A DNA stretch of 64,000 nt from Eledone cirrhosa. Lineage: Eukaryota. This document shows positions 40,360 to 54,992 of this stretch, piece by piece. Each line of letters starts with the position of its first letter. The first letter of the stretch is position 1. Location of the stretch: assembly GCA_964016885.1 (NCBI GenBank), contig OZ024747.1, forward strand, positions 75,516,001 to 75,580,000, given 5' to 3'. The position numbers and the translations under genes are program-made. The notes beneath the pieces are model-generated. The model saw only the letters and a list, made by a program, of their open reading frames with translations. It was not told the origin of the DNA and ran no database searches.

Positions 40360-40561
40360 TAGAAGGGACGACTGAAAAATTCATAGGCTAACCAAGATAA
40401 TTTCATTGAATGACCAAATGAGTTATATTTTTCAACATAGTCTTTGGAAAGAAACAATACAGTTATTAATAAGAAGAGTTGCATTTAATTCATGCGAGAT
40501 TTTACAGCCCTAGCATCACTCCTTCATAGTCAGGCTATGACCGTTCCATCCGATCCTCATA
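40360..40561. mobile_element. Mariner-derived MITE
   Basis: TA-flanked degenerate TIRs; the interior matches 38855-39040. Confidence 0.7.
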
Positions 40562-40872
40562 TATTTACATATTTAAAACCATACAAAGTGTTGCTGCAGG
40601 AGGTATTATATTTGCTATAGAAAACGTTCTCAGCAGAAAAGCTTATGCAACGGAAACAGTCGTTATCCTTCGTTAGTTTGCAACAAACCGAATTTTAACA
40701 GCCTATAGCTACGGAGGAAAAAACTGCTTAGATTATGCCTGGTTGAACAAATATGCATGTTGGTGCTCAGCAATTGTTAATATTCTCTTTATTCTATATA
40801 CAGCAAACATACCATAGAATTTAAAGATTCTGTATATCGAAGTGATCTTGGGTATAAAGCATATATATATAT

Positions 40873-40987
<115 letters not shown>

Positions 40988-41089
40988 CATACATATATAT
41001 ACATATATATACATACTTACACATATATATGTATATATATACATGTATTGTATAAATAAATATATTTATCTCTCTCTTTCTCTCTCTCT

Positions 41090-41194
<105 letters not shown>

Positions 41195-41296
41195 CATACA
41201 TATATATACATATATATACATACTTACACATATATATGTATATATATACATGTATTGTATAAATAAATATATTTATCTCTCTCTTTCTCTCTCTCT

Positions 41297-41354
<58 letters not shown>

Positions 41355-41720
41355 CCACACATGCATACATAATGCCAACATGCAAAAATGTAATCACGAA
41401 AGTTGATCTTTGAAATGTGAACGTGTTGTAATTTAATATATAATCTCATACTTTTATGCTTGTGCCATTTATACTTGGAGAGTTATATTTAATGATATCT
41501 ATTTAAATGTATGATATTATATAACTAAACTTTACCTACCTCACTACCTCTCCCGGGGAATTATATATAATATGTGTAAAATGAGTTAAAATTAAAGAAA
41601 TCTTATTTATATAACATATATTCCTTTATACATACATACGTACACATGTACGTACATAACATACATAAATACATACATGCATACGTACATACATACATAT
41701 ATACATACATACACACACTC

Positions 41721-41774
<54 letters not shown>

Positions 41775-42148
41775 AGGGTTTAGATCGATATCCTGTAATA
41801 TATATTTATATATATGTATATATGTACGCACATCTTCATATATATATGCTTCTCTGTCCCCCACTTCTCTCTCTCTCTATCTCTCTCTCTTTCTCTCTCT
41901 CTCTATATATATTTTATACATATATAGTGTGTGTGTAATATGTATACATATTAATTTAGATTTATGGACCTGTAAACTATTGTTTAAAGAAATCAATATA
42001 TTGAACTCTACTCCTTGAAGTATTGAGTCCGTTCTTTAGTTTGTGAATTGTCTCGTTTCTAAAAACAAACACATCATTTCTGTTTGTTTATCTCTCTTTT
42101 CCACTACCCCTGTTATTTCCTCCTTGCCATCTCTTTCTTTCCCCACCC

Positions 42149-42271
<123 letters not shown>

Positions 42272-42399
42272 GTGTGTGAGTGCGTATATTCATTCTTGGC
42301 AAGCTTGCAGCTTTCATTATTTATAATATGAATGTCTTGTTACAACGAAGTAACACATCATATATATGCCATTAATTTTCTCGATGGCCTATGAAATAT

Positions 42400-43050
42400 C
42401 GCGGAGCCACTCTAGATGGAATTCTTGAAGAAGTTTCCCATAACACGTTTACAGATTATTTTAAACTCAGAATTACTCGCATCTCAAACATTGGTATAGT
42501 TAATTTCTTAAACATAAATCTTGATTTTCTGGAAACTCAATCCTTACGGTACATTCACAAATTCTCTAGCTCCCCACACAATTATTCTAAAGAGATTAAC
42601 TTGAAGCACCAGGAAAACTATTTCAGACTTATCTTTCGATGAGAAGAAATCTTTTAATCGCCCTCCGTAGAAGAGGCTTTAAATATAGACTATTTTACAC
42701 AACCTGACAAAGTGATATCACTGCTATCTCTAACAAAACAGAAAAACGAAAGTTTAGATGGTGCTCTTCACCATATATTTGAAACGTCAGATATAGATAT
42801 TATAAACGAACCCGTCCCCACAAACCATTAACACTATAGAAGCTCCAACAAAAGTACTGTGAAAGAGAATTATAGTTGTCCTGAAAATTTCGCCACCTCT
42901 AATTAATACACACAAATGGAAAACACAAGCCTCAACCGGAAACAGCAACAATGTGAAACGCCATATTGGTCTGATTATTAAAAATAACTTCAAACCTGAT
43001 AGAGCTAATATACTTTGACGTTCAAACAAAGAAGAGGAGAACATAAATAT
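42400..43050 (+). pseudogene. Heavily decayed PLE reverse-transcriptase/thumb remnant
   Basis: LRITRISNIGIVNFLNINLD, YIHKFSSSP and RKRKFRWCSSPY*NV resemble the recalled PLE motifs LKIT..N...VNFLD, YIH..SNHP and RKR.I.WFNPPY..NV. Confidence 0.55.
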
Positions 43051-43099
43051 ACTCTATAGTGTTGTCTGCTCTCACGTATATCACAGATATGTTCGGTTC

Positions 43100-44470
43100 T
43101 TGTCATGATGAAGTGTCATTAATGGCTTGTCTAACCCTCTGTTGGTTATCTGCCAATGACTTTCCCTTGTACACTTTGATGCGAACATTTTCAAATTTCC
43201 GTTCAAATACATTTTTAAAACGTTTCCTTTGTGCGTTGTTTCCTTCGAATGTTTTGGTAACCAATGATCTGAACATCACATGACTTGGCTAGTCCCTCGA
43301 TGATTATATCAGGCAACCATAGCTTCAATGCAAGACATTACTTTGCACGCATCATCTAAACTGATATTTTTATGCTTGTTCTGTCACTGGAAGTGCATAA
43401 TTTTCCATAGATACACTGCTGGTATATTCCCAGCTTATAGTGATGTCACCTATAACTTGTTCAAGTTTCAGGACCTTGCAGGTGGATAGGTCTTATGCAG
43501 TATAAATTTGGTTATTTGTTTCAGATACTGATCTTGAAACGTCTTTCTTTACAATCATATGAAGGTTACACTGATAGATTTTATTCTGTGTTAGATCTAC
43601 TCATTAACATCTCAGTTGTGTAATACGTGACTATCTAGATATTGGTGAAAATGTTCTGCATTTTCTACCATCTGTCCAAGTGACTGGCTGAGCCTGGTTC
43701 CTGCTTGTTGGCCGTATAGTAATATAAGATATTTGTCTTACTTATGTTATGGAAAATGCCGTTAATGTTTTGTAGTTTTAATGAACTCTGGTATAATGTG
43801 TGTACTAATATTTATTCACCAATGTTGCTGTACTTATTTTCATGCCATGAATGAATACCCTGCTATCTATGCGGTATGAGATTTGGACGTTTGACGCGAG
43901 TTTGTCTATAATGAGCTCAGTCATAACTGAGAGGAACATGGAGAAAAACGTACAGGCAATTATGCATCTCTGCTTTTACCAGTTTTAACTTCAAACGTTT
44001 CTGTTGTACAGAAACGTTTGAAGTTGTACGTGTATTATGATGGTTTTGTGTTAGTATTATTGATCTCAGCAATTCTACAGGTGGCGAACTAAAATCATAT
44101 CCATTGTAGTTTCGGAAGGCCGAAAAGATGATTGAGATTCAGGTAGGTGAGCTTCCGACAGTGGGATGAGTTACTTGAGCAGAATTTTAGTTAGAACTTT
44201 TCCAGTAGTTGACAAAATCGACATTTACATTTAGCTGCTGCAATCTGATTTGTCTCCCTTTTTGAAGATAGAGTAATAGTTGTATTTTTTTAGGTTAGCT
44301 GGTATATCTTCCTGTGTCTTAGAAATAGTGCTTGAAGATTTGCTGAAGGTGCTTCATTCCTAAGTTTATAAATATCTCAGTCAGAATTCCGTCGGACCCA
44401 GATATTTGACTATTTATAGGGAAAGGATTATTTATTTTTATCGTTAGTGGTGGTGTCCAGCAATATCAGG
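43100..44470 (-). mobile_element. Decayed RTE-like LINE ORF2
   Basis: SGSDGILTEIF (RT N-terminus, about 44400) and QRKRFKN...SLADN...RQAIN (C-terminus, about 43120-43235); many stops and frameshifts. Confidence 0.65.
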
Positions 44471-45256
44471 TGATGCTGCTAGGTTGTTCATAATTAAATT
44501 AGAAAACAAAATACCTGGGAACTATTTATGTGGCAATTAGACGTATATGAACGTCACAGGGACACCTTTGTACATCTAACCGAGGAATTTATTCAATGAG
44601 AGTGTTATACGGCTAATTAGATATTAGTTGGGAGCTATAACCAATATCTATGTGAAGTAATAATAATAATAATAATAAATAATAAATAATAAAAATAATA
44701 AAGGAAGCAAGAATCTAGAATATACTTATATGAAGAAAATGTGTATATTTACATGAAAGTTAATGTTTACGAAATTTCACCCACAGGTGATTGGTGAACC
44801 TGAGGTTATAGTAAAAGACACCTGTCTAAAGGGCAGTCGAACCTAGAAATATGTGGCCGTGAAGCGAAATTCTTCAGTAGCACATGTACACTTTTGTGGC
44901 TACACACACACACACACACACTTACATTTACACACACACTTACACACAAACAGTATAAAAACACAGATATGCAGGTACGAATACCTTTGCATATGTGACT
45001 AACAATAGTGCTTGAAAAAAAAAGTCTAAAAAAAACCCCGCCCCCTCCTATATACCTATCTCAGTAAATAAACAGGGTCCTAGGGATGTTTTTTTTTGTC
45101 GGTTAAGTAAGCATGGTATTCTGCAGGATACTAAAGTTATTACCGTTTGTCCCTGACTTACATCTCCCACCTTAACCTACTTTACACCTACTTCACCTAA
45201 CCCTTATACCATATAGCATCTATCTAGTTCACCCTTTCAACTACACACTGTACAAC

Positions 45257-45287
<31 letters not shown>

Positions 45288-45315
45288 ATGTGTGTGTATA
45301 TATATACACATATAT

Positions 45316-45503
45316 ATAGGAAAATGTTTAACCCCGACGGCAGAGCTCAAACCGTTTCGACGGCTATTTCTGGAAATAGCCGTCGAAACGGCCTGAGCTC
45401 TGCCGTCGGGGTTAAACATTTTCCTATTACCCACTCTACTACCCTAAGTATTGAGTACTCTGGTGCGTTATGGTCCATCTGGTTCCTTACCACACTTCCT
45501 TCG

Positions 45504-45504
<1 letters not shown>
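45316..45504 (+). mobile_element. Fold-back insert in (TA)n (family C): 55-bp arms plus 77-bp tail
   Basis: Arms 45316-45370 and 45373-45427 with 2 mismatches. Confidence 0.88.
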
Positions 45505-45596
<92 letters not shown>

Positions 45597-45726
45597 TATA
45601 TATATATATTTGTGTGTGTGTGTATGTGTGTGTGTGTATGCATATATATATACATATATATGTGTTTGTGTGTGTGTGTATATATATATGTGTGTGTGTG
45701 TGTATGTATGGTTTTTCTCGTATATA

Positions 45727-45761
<35 letters not shown>

Positions 45762-45764
<3 letters not shown>

Positions 45765-46061
45765 AAAGTTCTATTTAAAATTGTTGGGATACAACAAGTA
45801 AATATTTTTATAACTGATATAAAGCACTCGACAAATTTTTGGAGTAGATATACGATATTAATAAATGGAAACTATATTTATAAAACCATATTTATTTCAT
45901 TATACTTATTTCAGGGATACCACATTAAATTATGGTATGCCTTCATCAGACAAAATACAATATATAACAGTTTTACAAATAGGTTTGACGTACCCTTTAA
46001 AATACAACCATTACTTTTGGAGGCTGTCTGGATATCCAGACAGCCTCCAAAAGTAATGGTT
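45762..46061 (-). ncRNA. Longest family A insert: hammerhead (45893-45957), full 3' tail, palindromic 5' end
   Basis: TATTTTGT-CTGATGA-AGGCATACCAT-AATTTAAT-GTGGTATCCCT-GAAA-T-AAGT-A-TA-ATGAAATA. Perfect 56-bp palindrome at 46006-46061. (TA)n on both sides. Confidence 0.86.
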
Positions 46062-46234
46062 ATATATATATATATGCGAGAAAAACCACAAACCATCCAT
46101 CTCAACTCTAGTTTTGAAAAGTACAAGAACTGCGAAACCGGTAAAAGAACCAAATAAATATTTTAAAAAGTCTCCAGTAGCATTTTCGATTTCATCTTTT
46201 TATTCTTATATATATATAAGTTATTTGCACTCGC

Positions 46235-46283
<49 letters not shown>

Positions 46284-46428
46284 TGTGTAAGTGTGTATGT
46301 GTGTGTATACATACATAATTTGTCTCAGAGACATTTTTGCCGACATACACACTAAATATCAGCTACTCTCAAATCTAGGTTCTGCACACACAAATATATC
46401 CAATTCTGAAAAGAACCGCATACATATA

Positions 46429-47714
46429 CAGGGTGGGGCATAATTCCTGTTACAAAGTTTTAAATCAATTTAAAAATACATTATGTTGCTAATATAACTA
46501 ATATATTTGTATCAAATCCATGCACTATAACCATATTAACTATTTTTCAGAAAATTACTCCATTAACTATTTGCAATGTCCATAGAATTGAAAAGAAAGT
46601 TCATTATAGAGAAGCATGAAAAAGGCCTGACTCCACCCAAGATATTTAAACTGGGGAAAATTCTTAAGATCAATAGAATGTTGATCAAAAAGACAATCAA
46701 TCGATTTAAGGACACTTCCACACCCAAAGACAGACCTCAATCCGGACACCCTCGCACCTCAAGAACACCAAAACTTGTTAAAAGTGTGAGGGAAAAAATA
46801 AGGCGTAATCCAAGAAGGTCCATTAGAAAAATGGCAGAAGAAGCAGAAACATCGCCGAGAACTATACGGAGGATATGTCGAGATGATCTGGGGATGTCAC
46901 CCTATAAGTTCCAAAAGAGGCAGCTTCTTTCTGCAGCCACAATTGAAAATAGGCTCTCGAGAAGTAAACTGTTATTGGACCGTATCAAGGATGGCACGCT
47001 GTAAAACATGACCTTTACAGATGAGAAGTTATTCACTGTGCAGCAGTCTCACAATCATCAAAATGATCGACTACTTGCAAAAAGTCTCAAATCAATTCCT
47101 TCAAGTGTAGGAAAAGTGTTCAGAACAGGGAAACCAGCATCAGTGATGGCTTGGGCAGCCATTTCTGAAAGAGGGAAGTCTCCTCTGATTTTTGTGCCTC
47201 AAGGAGTTAAAATTAACAAAGAACTTTGCATAAAGGATATTTTGGAAGGAGCACTGATGCCATGGTGCATATCTGTTTATGGCGATGACATTTGGAATCT
47301 CCAACAAGATGGAGCGACGAGCCACACTGTAGTGTAGAGACCATTGTCCTGCATGGATCAGTAAGGAAGAGTGGCGTCCGACATCACCAGATCTCAACCC
47401 TCTCGATTTTTCCTTATGGTCAATTCTTGAGAGTGAAGCCTGCTCTACTCCTAGCCAAAATATTGAAACTCTAAAATCAAAACTGAATAAAGTATGGGAG
47501 AAAATACCCATGGAAACTGTTCGTGCAGCCATCGAAGACTTTCCTACAAGTCTTCGAGCAGTAGTGAGAGCTAGAGGAAAGCATTTCGAATAAATTTTTG
47601 GGCAGTTGTTTAATAGTATATTACTTACTATTTGTTGAAGTCAGATCTTGAAATACATGTTTTTTTCAAGAACTATTTGCATTTTATTTTGTAACAGTTT
47701 TTTGCCCCACCCTG
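46429..47714 (+). mobile_element. Full-length Tc1/mariner DNA transposon, maT(DD37D)-like
   Basis: TIRs CAGGGTGGGGCA..A..CTGTTACAAA / TTTGTAACAG...TGCCCCACCCTG, TA target duplication, length 1286 bp. Confidence 0.95.
46576..47593 (+). pseudogene. Transposase pseudogene
   Basis: HTH region, then FTDEKLF, QQDGA.SH and SPDLNPLDF motifs. Premature TAA at 47002-04 and a frameshifting deletion near 47335. Confidence 0.93.
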
Positions 47715-47898
47715 TATATACATATATGCATATACACATACATAGAACTTACATTCATATAAATAGGCAGACATACATACTTATATACGGATGGGCATAT
47801 ATATATACACACACACACACACAAAATATACTTCAATATAATCAGACGCAGATATTTATATACATACACACACAGATACATACATACATATATATAAG

Positions 47899-48908
47899 AA
47901 GACCCACTTAAAAATAAAGGTGGTAGAAAAGCCAGGAACCACCATAAAATCCCTGATCAGCAAAACCTACCCTTTTAAGAAAACCCACTGTACCAATAGG
48001 AAATGTATCATATGTAAGGTGAACCCCCGGATAAACTGTAAAACTAGAAACGTAGTCTATAGTATAAGATGTACAGAGGGTACTTGCAGAAACATGACAA
48101 CAACATACATAGGTGAGACAGCTCGTAGCATAGGTGAAAGGATAGACCAACACTGGGGGGAACTAAAAGGACGAAAAAACGGGTCAGTACTATACGAACA
48201 TGCTAGACAACAACATGACGGTAACATAGACAACATAGAAATTAGAATAATATCTAAACATAGGAATGACCCAGCAGATAGGCAAATCAGAGAGGCCAGT
48301 GAAATAGAAATTAGAAGACCAAAGCTAAACAGAAAGAATGAGTGGAACAACAACAACACCCAAACAAACAACACTGACCTAAGAGAAGTATAAATAAGTA
48401 AATAAAATAAAATAAAATAAGATAAATAAATACATACACAAGCACAATAACAACAAGCACATAAACACACACTAGTCACCCAGCAGACACAACACTATAC
48501 ACACTAGTCACACAGCAAACATAACACTATACACACACGCAAACGCATGCGCAAAGAAGACAAAATAAAATAAACAAACAAGCAAATAAATAAATAAATA
48601 TATAGACAGACTGAATAAAAAATGGCGTAGACATACAACACAACAGGAGGAAAAAATATAACACCACTGACGATGTTGCAGATGTGCAACGAAAGATTTA
48701 TGTAAATTATGTAAACTATATATATGTGTTTGTGTCTATATTGTATCTGTATTATTTTTGACCGTCGGTCAGTCAATGGCAACATTGAGGACCGAGTAAG
48801 TTAGATCGCAGATATAAAAGACAGCGAGAAGCGAAAATCAACCAAACAGTGAGTGTGTTCTGTTATTAATTCTGGTAATATTACACAAATATGACCCTCC
48901 CCAAGTAT

Positions 48909-48914
<6 letters not shown>
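47899..48914 (+). mobile_element. Second 5'-truncated PLE copy (GIY-YIG plus pLTR with minimal hammerhead 48665-48702)
   Basis: Near-identical to 7040-8050. ORF fragment 47920-48393; 3' end at (TA)n. Confidence 0.92.
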
Positions 48915-48987
<73 letters not shown>

Positions 48988-49098
48988 CACATACAGATAC
49001 ATACACACAGATATACATACACAGATACGTACACACACAGATACAGACTCACATATATATACACACACAGATATATATACACACACACAGATACATAC

Positions 49099-49170
<72 letters not shown>

Positions 49171-49179
49171 ATGTATCTG

Positions 49180-49233
<54 letters not shown>

Positions 49234-49240
49234 CACACAT

Positions 49241-49281
<41 letters not shown>

Positions 49282-49347
49282 GTAAAAAATTGAACGGGAA
49301 CAAAACAGAGAGGCAGTACGAACAAAGGTTTATTATCTGTATCTGTG

Positions 49348-49510
49348 AGGGTTGGACGCCATGCTTTCTAGCATAGTTACGTCCCTTTACAGTCTGAGTT
49401 CAAATCCCGCCGGAGTTAACTTTGCCTTTCATCCTTACGGGGTCGATAAAATAAAGTACCAGTAATGCACTAGGTAATTGCTGGCCTTGTACCAAAAGTA
49501 GAAACAATTA
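49348..49510 (+). mobile_element. 5'-truncated SINE with 16-bp TSD
   Basis: ATTATCTGTATCTGTG at 49332-47 and 49507-22. Confidence 0.9.
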
Positions 49511-49570
49511 TCTGTATCTGTGTGTGTAGGTATCTGTGTATGTATATCTGTGTGTATGTATCTGTATGTA

Positions 49571-49642
<72 letters not shown>

Positions 49643-50074
49643 CAGATACATACACACAGATACCTACACACACAGCTACATACACACACACACACACAGA
49701 TACGTACACACAGATATATATACACACACAGATACATACACACATAGATACAGACGCACTCAGATACATACACACACATTAACAACTCACATCTTTTTCT
49801 TAAAATAAATAACTGCCATTGCAATCTACACCTAGCAGCTCTTTCAGTAAGTCTGTTGAGGCTGTTGCTGGGATGTGGGGAAGTAGGGAAGATTAAGCCT
49901 TTTCCTTGTCAACACCCTAACGAAATCCCTTTCTACCAGATTTCCTTTCCGGCTGGTATTTGTCTAGTTTAAGGATACCCTGTTAGCGTCCACTGTCGCT
50001 TGTTACTTAGACTTAAAGCTGACAAGAAGCAACAGATTTATTATGAAAGACTTACAGCTGCCACTGTTCATACT

Positions 50075-50167
50075 GTCATCGCCATTATCATCATCATCAT
50101 CATCATCATCATCGGCATCATCATCCTCATCATCAACAGCATCATCATCACTATCATTACCATTATC

Positions 50168-50201
<34 letters not shown>

Positions 50202-50455
50202 CCATCACCATGACCATCATTACCATTATCAACACTATCATCATCATCATCATCATCATCGCCATCACACTCATTACCATTATCAACACCATCATCATCA
50301 GCATCATTACCATCATCATCATCATCATCATCACCATCACAATCATTACCATTATCAACACCATCATCATCATCACCATCATTACCATCATCATCACCAT
50401 CACAATCATTACCATTATCAACACCATCATCACCATCATCACCATCATTAGCATC
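50075..50455. repeat. (ATC/ACC)n trinucleotide array
   Basis: Direct reading. Confidence 0.95.
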
Positions 50456-50781
50456 TACTATTGTCTGCTCCCAGCACTTTGAATATCATGGATCGCCCTC
50501 TCAGTCTTGTGCGAAATTAATAATTCATAGAAGAAGCACGTGCCTGCACATGAACCAGAATCTAGAAATTAAATAAATAAATAAATATATATGTATATAT
50601 ATATATATATACTTTGTGAGTTCGATTCCTGGACCGGACGATGCGTTATGTCCTTGGGCAAGACATTTTATTTCACGTTGCTCCTTCTACCTGGAGTTGC
50701 GACCGATAGATAGTACTAACAACAGGAAAGACCGACGAAAACATTGTTTCCTCGGTCCGATTTGACGAAAGTCGATCGATC

Positions 50782-50888
<107 letters not shown>

Positions 50889-51658
50889 GGTAATCAGAAA
50901 TAGCAACACAATCGGTACAGTATATGGAAGGAATATATTAGGTTAACGCTTGAAATACTTGAAATAGCAGGAAGAGGGTCTTAACGTTTCGGATGCCAGG
51001 AGCTGAAGGGGGCCCACATACAGAATGCTATTCATTTAATTTTTATAATGAATAAATAACATTTTCAAAAAATACATAAGTGGAAACAAAACAGTTCAAT
51101 CAAATTTTTGCGGAAAAATATCTTATCTTCTCCAATAAAAAAATATGTATTTTGCGAAAGGAGTAGGGTTCCCGGTATACCTATTCAGTTTTTTTTTTCT
51201 ATGGGATGTAAAATAAAACTGAAATAGAGTACATGTACCTCCCGACCAGGATTGAACCCAAGACAAGGATCTCCGCCGTGGAAATTCATACTTATAAACC
51301 TACTTTCAAAATTTTCAAAACAAACTAAGGTGGTGTCGTTTATGTCTTTCCTAATGTTATTGCTTCTACTTAAGGTCGACTTCTAAATCATTTGGGTGTT
51401 CCATAAACTACATCTCGTTTTGTTTCTCATCTATCTAGACTATATTTTAAGCCGTAATCCATGTTTCATTTCTGTTACACCTCATTTCTCCCCCGTTCCC
51501 CCTCTCTCTTTCTCTCTGTGATATTTGAATCTACTATGATTTGGGCTTACCTTATTCATATATGTTTTTGCATATCAGATTCAAACTTAGAATCATTGGC
51601 CTTATATATATATATTGGCGTATCAGAACCTACATACATTATGTTTATGTTTATTAAA

Positions 51659-51765
51659 TAATTGTTTCTACTTTAGGTACAAGGCCAGCAATTACCCAGT
51701 GCATTACTGGTACTTTATTTTATCGACCCCGTAAGGATGAAAGGCAAAGTCAACCTCGGCGGGAT
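51659..51765 (-). mobile_element. 5'-truncated SINE with TSD
   Basis: SINE core flanked by TTATGTTTATTAAATAAT repeats. Another fragment lies at 52345-52417(+). Confidence 0.85.
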
Positions 51766-52219
51766 TATGTTTATTAAATAATAATCTAGTTTCACTGTGA
51801 CTATTTAAGATGTGAACATATCATTACTACCCCAGGTTTACAGATTGTCAGCTTGCTCTCAATTGCTCACGGGTGCTGAAAAATAGGAAAAAATATATTC
51901 CTGCAGAAATTTGTAAACAAATTATTGGTGATGTAAGATTATTTATATTGAGTGAATGTTTGACAGGCTAGATTTAATTAATGTATAATTTGTGCTATAG
52001 GATTGCTAGAAGACGGAACCCTGTCTCAGTCTGTCTCCTATATCCGTTGATGAAAGTTGTTCGAATGATATCCGCTTCATCAGCATTAAATTTATGACCA
52101 ATCCTGTCTGTTCAAAATCCTTGTGTTGTGTCCTTGTCCCTCGCAGCTGAAGCCTTAATTTGTCTGGGACAGCTAGACTATCGGGTTGCAGGGTTCTGCC
52201 TATAATGGTCAGCTAAACC

Positions 52220-52290
52220 AGTGCTTCTCAAACTATCTGATGAGGCGGACCGGCATTTTTTTTTTCAATGTGCCACGTACCGCTAATATT
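52220..52290 (+). mobile_element. Possible hAT (Charlie-like) terminal sequence
   Basis: Starts CAGTGCTTCTCAAACT; no matching right end found. Confidence 0.4.
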
Positions 52291-53070
52291 TCGTAGTAAT
52301 ATTAATGTATACCGGAAACGATATATATAATGAATATAATAATAGTTGATAAAATAAAGTACCAGTAATGCACTGGGTAATTGCTGGCCTTGTGCCGAAA
52401 GTAGAAACAATTATTATTGTCTGAGTTGCTTCTTTGTGTTGCTAATCTTACATATTTCCTTTGGTTGTGTGTGACTCTGTGCGCGCGAGTATATATGTAT
52501 GTTATATATATATATACATACATACATACACACACATAGATATATATATAGTAATAATAATAAATGTGAAGACTAAATATATATATATATATATACGAAT
52601 TTATGTGTATGAATATAATTACACACGTACACAGTCACATAAACACACATACACATATGTGTGTGTGTGTTTGCATGTGTGTGTGTGTCTATATATATAT
52701 ATATATATACACCAAGCTTAAATATATACATATGTATATTATGTGTATATATATATATATATACATAATATATGTGTGTGTGTGCGTGTGTGTGTCTAAA
52801 GATATAGACAGGAGAGGCAAATATTTAAGGGCACTAGCTATATCTACAAAATATCTACAGATAAGAAAATAGAAGATCATAAAAGAGAGAAGAAAGAAAT
52901 GAAAGTATAAAGATTAGTCGTTATCTTTTGGAATGAAATGTAGGGCAATTCTGTGAGTCTTTGATAACAGATCTTACTCCAAAATAATCTGTCTTTTTTC
53001 CAACTTCACCTGTCCGCCAAATGGAACTGCCACCTACACAACACTCTCTTCTGAGTCATTTATTTAAACT

Positions 53071-53123
<53 letters not shown>

Positions 53124-53182
53124 CCCCCCCCCCCACACACACACGTGTATGTATGTATGTATATATATATATATATATATAC

Positions 53183-53912
53183 ACAATAGTCCACTACGAT
53201 GATAAAAAGGTAGGGAGCCAATGTATCTCCCTGGAGCACTCCAGCCAGTATCTCAAAGAACTCTGTCATCCCATCAGGTGTAATGACTTGGGCTTTGGTG
53301 TTGGTGTAGAGCAGTGATATCAGGTCCACTATCTTCTTGGGGATTCCATAAGCCTGTAAGATATTCATCAGGCAGTAACGGTCCACAGAATTAAAGGCCT
53401 TCCTAAAGTCAATGAAAACCATGACCGCAGGAAGGCACTTTGTTCGTAGAGACCTGAAAATCCGCCTCTTCATTGCTGTAGTGGAGTCTGTGCTGCTGTA
53501 TGGGTCTGAGACTTGGACACTGACCAAGAAACTCACTCAGATGGTGGATGGGTGCTACACGAGAATGCTGAGGATGGCTCTGAACATTAATCAGTATACA
53601 CTGAGGATGAAAAACTCAGAGCTGTATGGGAGCATCCCAAAAGTCAGCTAAAAAATGACACAGAGGAGACTGAGGTTAGCTGGACATGTTCACCGACATC
53701 CAGAGTTGACATTGCACTCAGTGCTACTTTGGGAGCCCCTACATGGACACACTAGAAGAGGAAGACCAAGGTTAACGTATGTTGATGCCCTAAGGACAGA
53801 CACTGGTCTGTTGGAGACGGAGGAGATGGCAGCGATAATGAGGGACAGAGACCGCTGGAGAGAACTCGTCCATAGATCTCGGGAATTTTACCCGCCTTAG
53901 AAAAAAAAAGAG
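53183..53912 (+). mobile_element. RTE-like LINE with 5' inversion
   Basis: 53183-53440 is minus-strand RT (FIDFRKAFNSV...GVLQGDTLAPYLF). 53441-53900 is the plus-strand C-terminus (LLYGSETW...RLRLAGHV). A-rich tail; (TA)n on both sides. Confidence 0.9.
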
Positions 53913-54393
53913 AATATATATATATAAATATATATACCTTCCTTCTTATGATAAATGTTTAATTCATAATTTTATTATTGTTATTGTTGTTGGCCAGTTG
54001 CATGATGTGCTAACTCACGTACATATGTGCGTGCAGAGTATCACATTACAAACATACACACACACATACACACATACATACATACATTATGTATACACAC
54101 ACAGACAAACACACACACACATATATCTATGTGTGTGTGTGTGTCTGTGTGTAGGTATTTATATATGTATATTAGTGTGTTTGTTATTTTGTGAGTATAT
54201 GTATGTATATGCATGTGTATGCATGCATATTAGTGTTTGTTAGTTTATGAGTATGTATGTATAAATGTATATATATACTCGTGCTTGCTATTTTGTGAGT
54301 ATATGTATGTATATATAAATGCATGTATACTTGTGCTTGCTAATTCGTATGTGTATGTATAACACTTGTATACTCGTGTTTCCTAGTTTGTGT

Positions 54394-54830
54394 GAACGTG
54401 TATACATGTATAAACGTGTATACATGTATAAATGTGTACACATGTATAAACGTGTATACATGTATAAATGTGTACACATGTATAAACGTGTATATATGTA
54501 TAAACGTGTATACATGTATAAACGTGTATACATGTATAAATGTGTATACATGTATAAATGTGTACACATGTATAAACGTGTATATATGTATAAACGTGTA
54601 TAAATATATAAATGTGTATACATGTATACACGTTTATACATGGTTACACATTTATACTTTTTTTTATAATTTATACATGTATACACATTTATACATGTAT
54701 AAACGTGTATACATGTATAAACGTATATACATGTATACACGTCTATACATGTATAAACGTGTATACATGTATACACGTCTATACATGTATAAATGTGTAT
54801 ACATGTATAAATGTGTATATATGTATAAAT
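54394..54830. repeat. 18-bp minisatellite AAAYGTGTATACATGTAT with inverted units
   Basis: The period of 18 explains the INVYTC/YMYKRV ORFs. Orientation switches occur around 54620-54700 and 54730-54790. Confidence 0.9.
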
Positions 54831-54992
54831 TCATTTATACTCATATATTCAACAGTTTAATTAGGTCAGGCTTAGAAAGGAGGAAATGTGGTTTAGAATA
54901 TCTCCTTAAGACTAAAGCAAGATACTATTACGTCGCTGACGTTGACCTGAAATATTTGTTTCATTGCAAAGAGCTACCTTCATTATTTCAAT

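Noticed and set aside
52050-52260. CTGATGA at about 52077(-) and 52238(+); also 20847(-)
   Set aside because: No correctly placed GAAA and stems.
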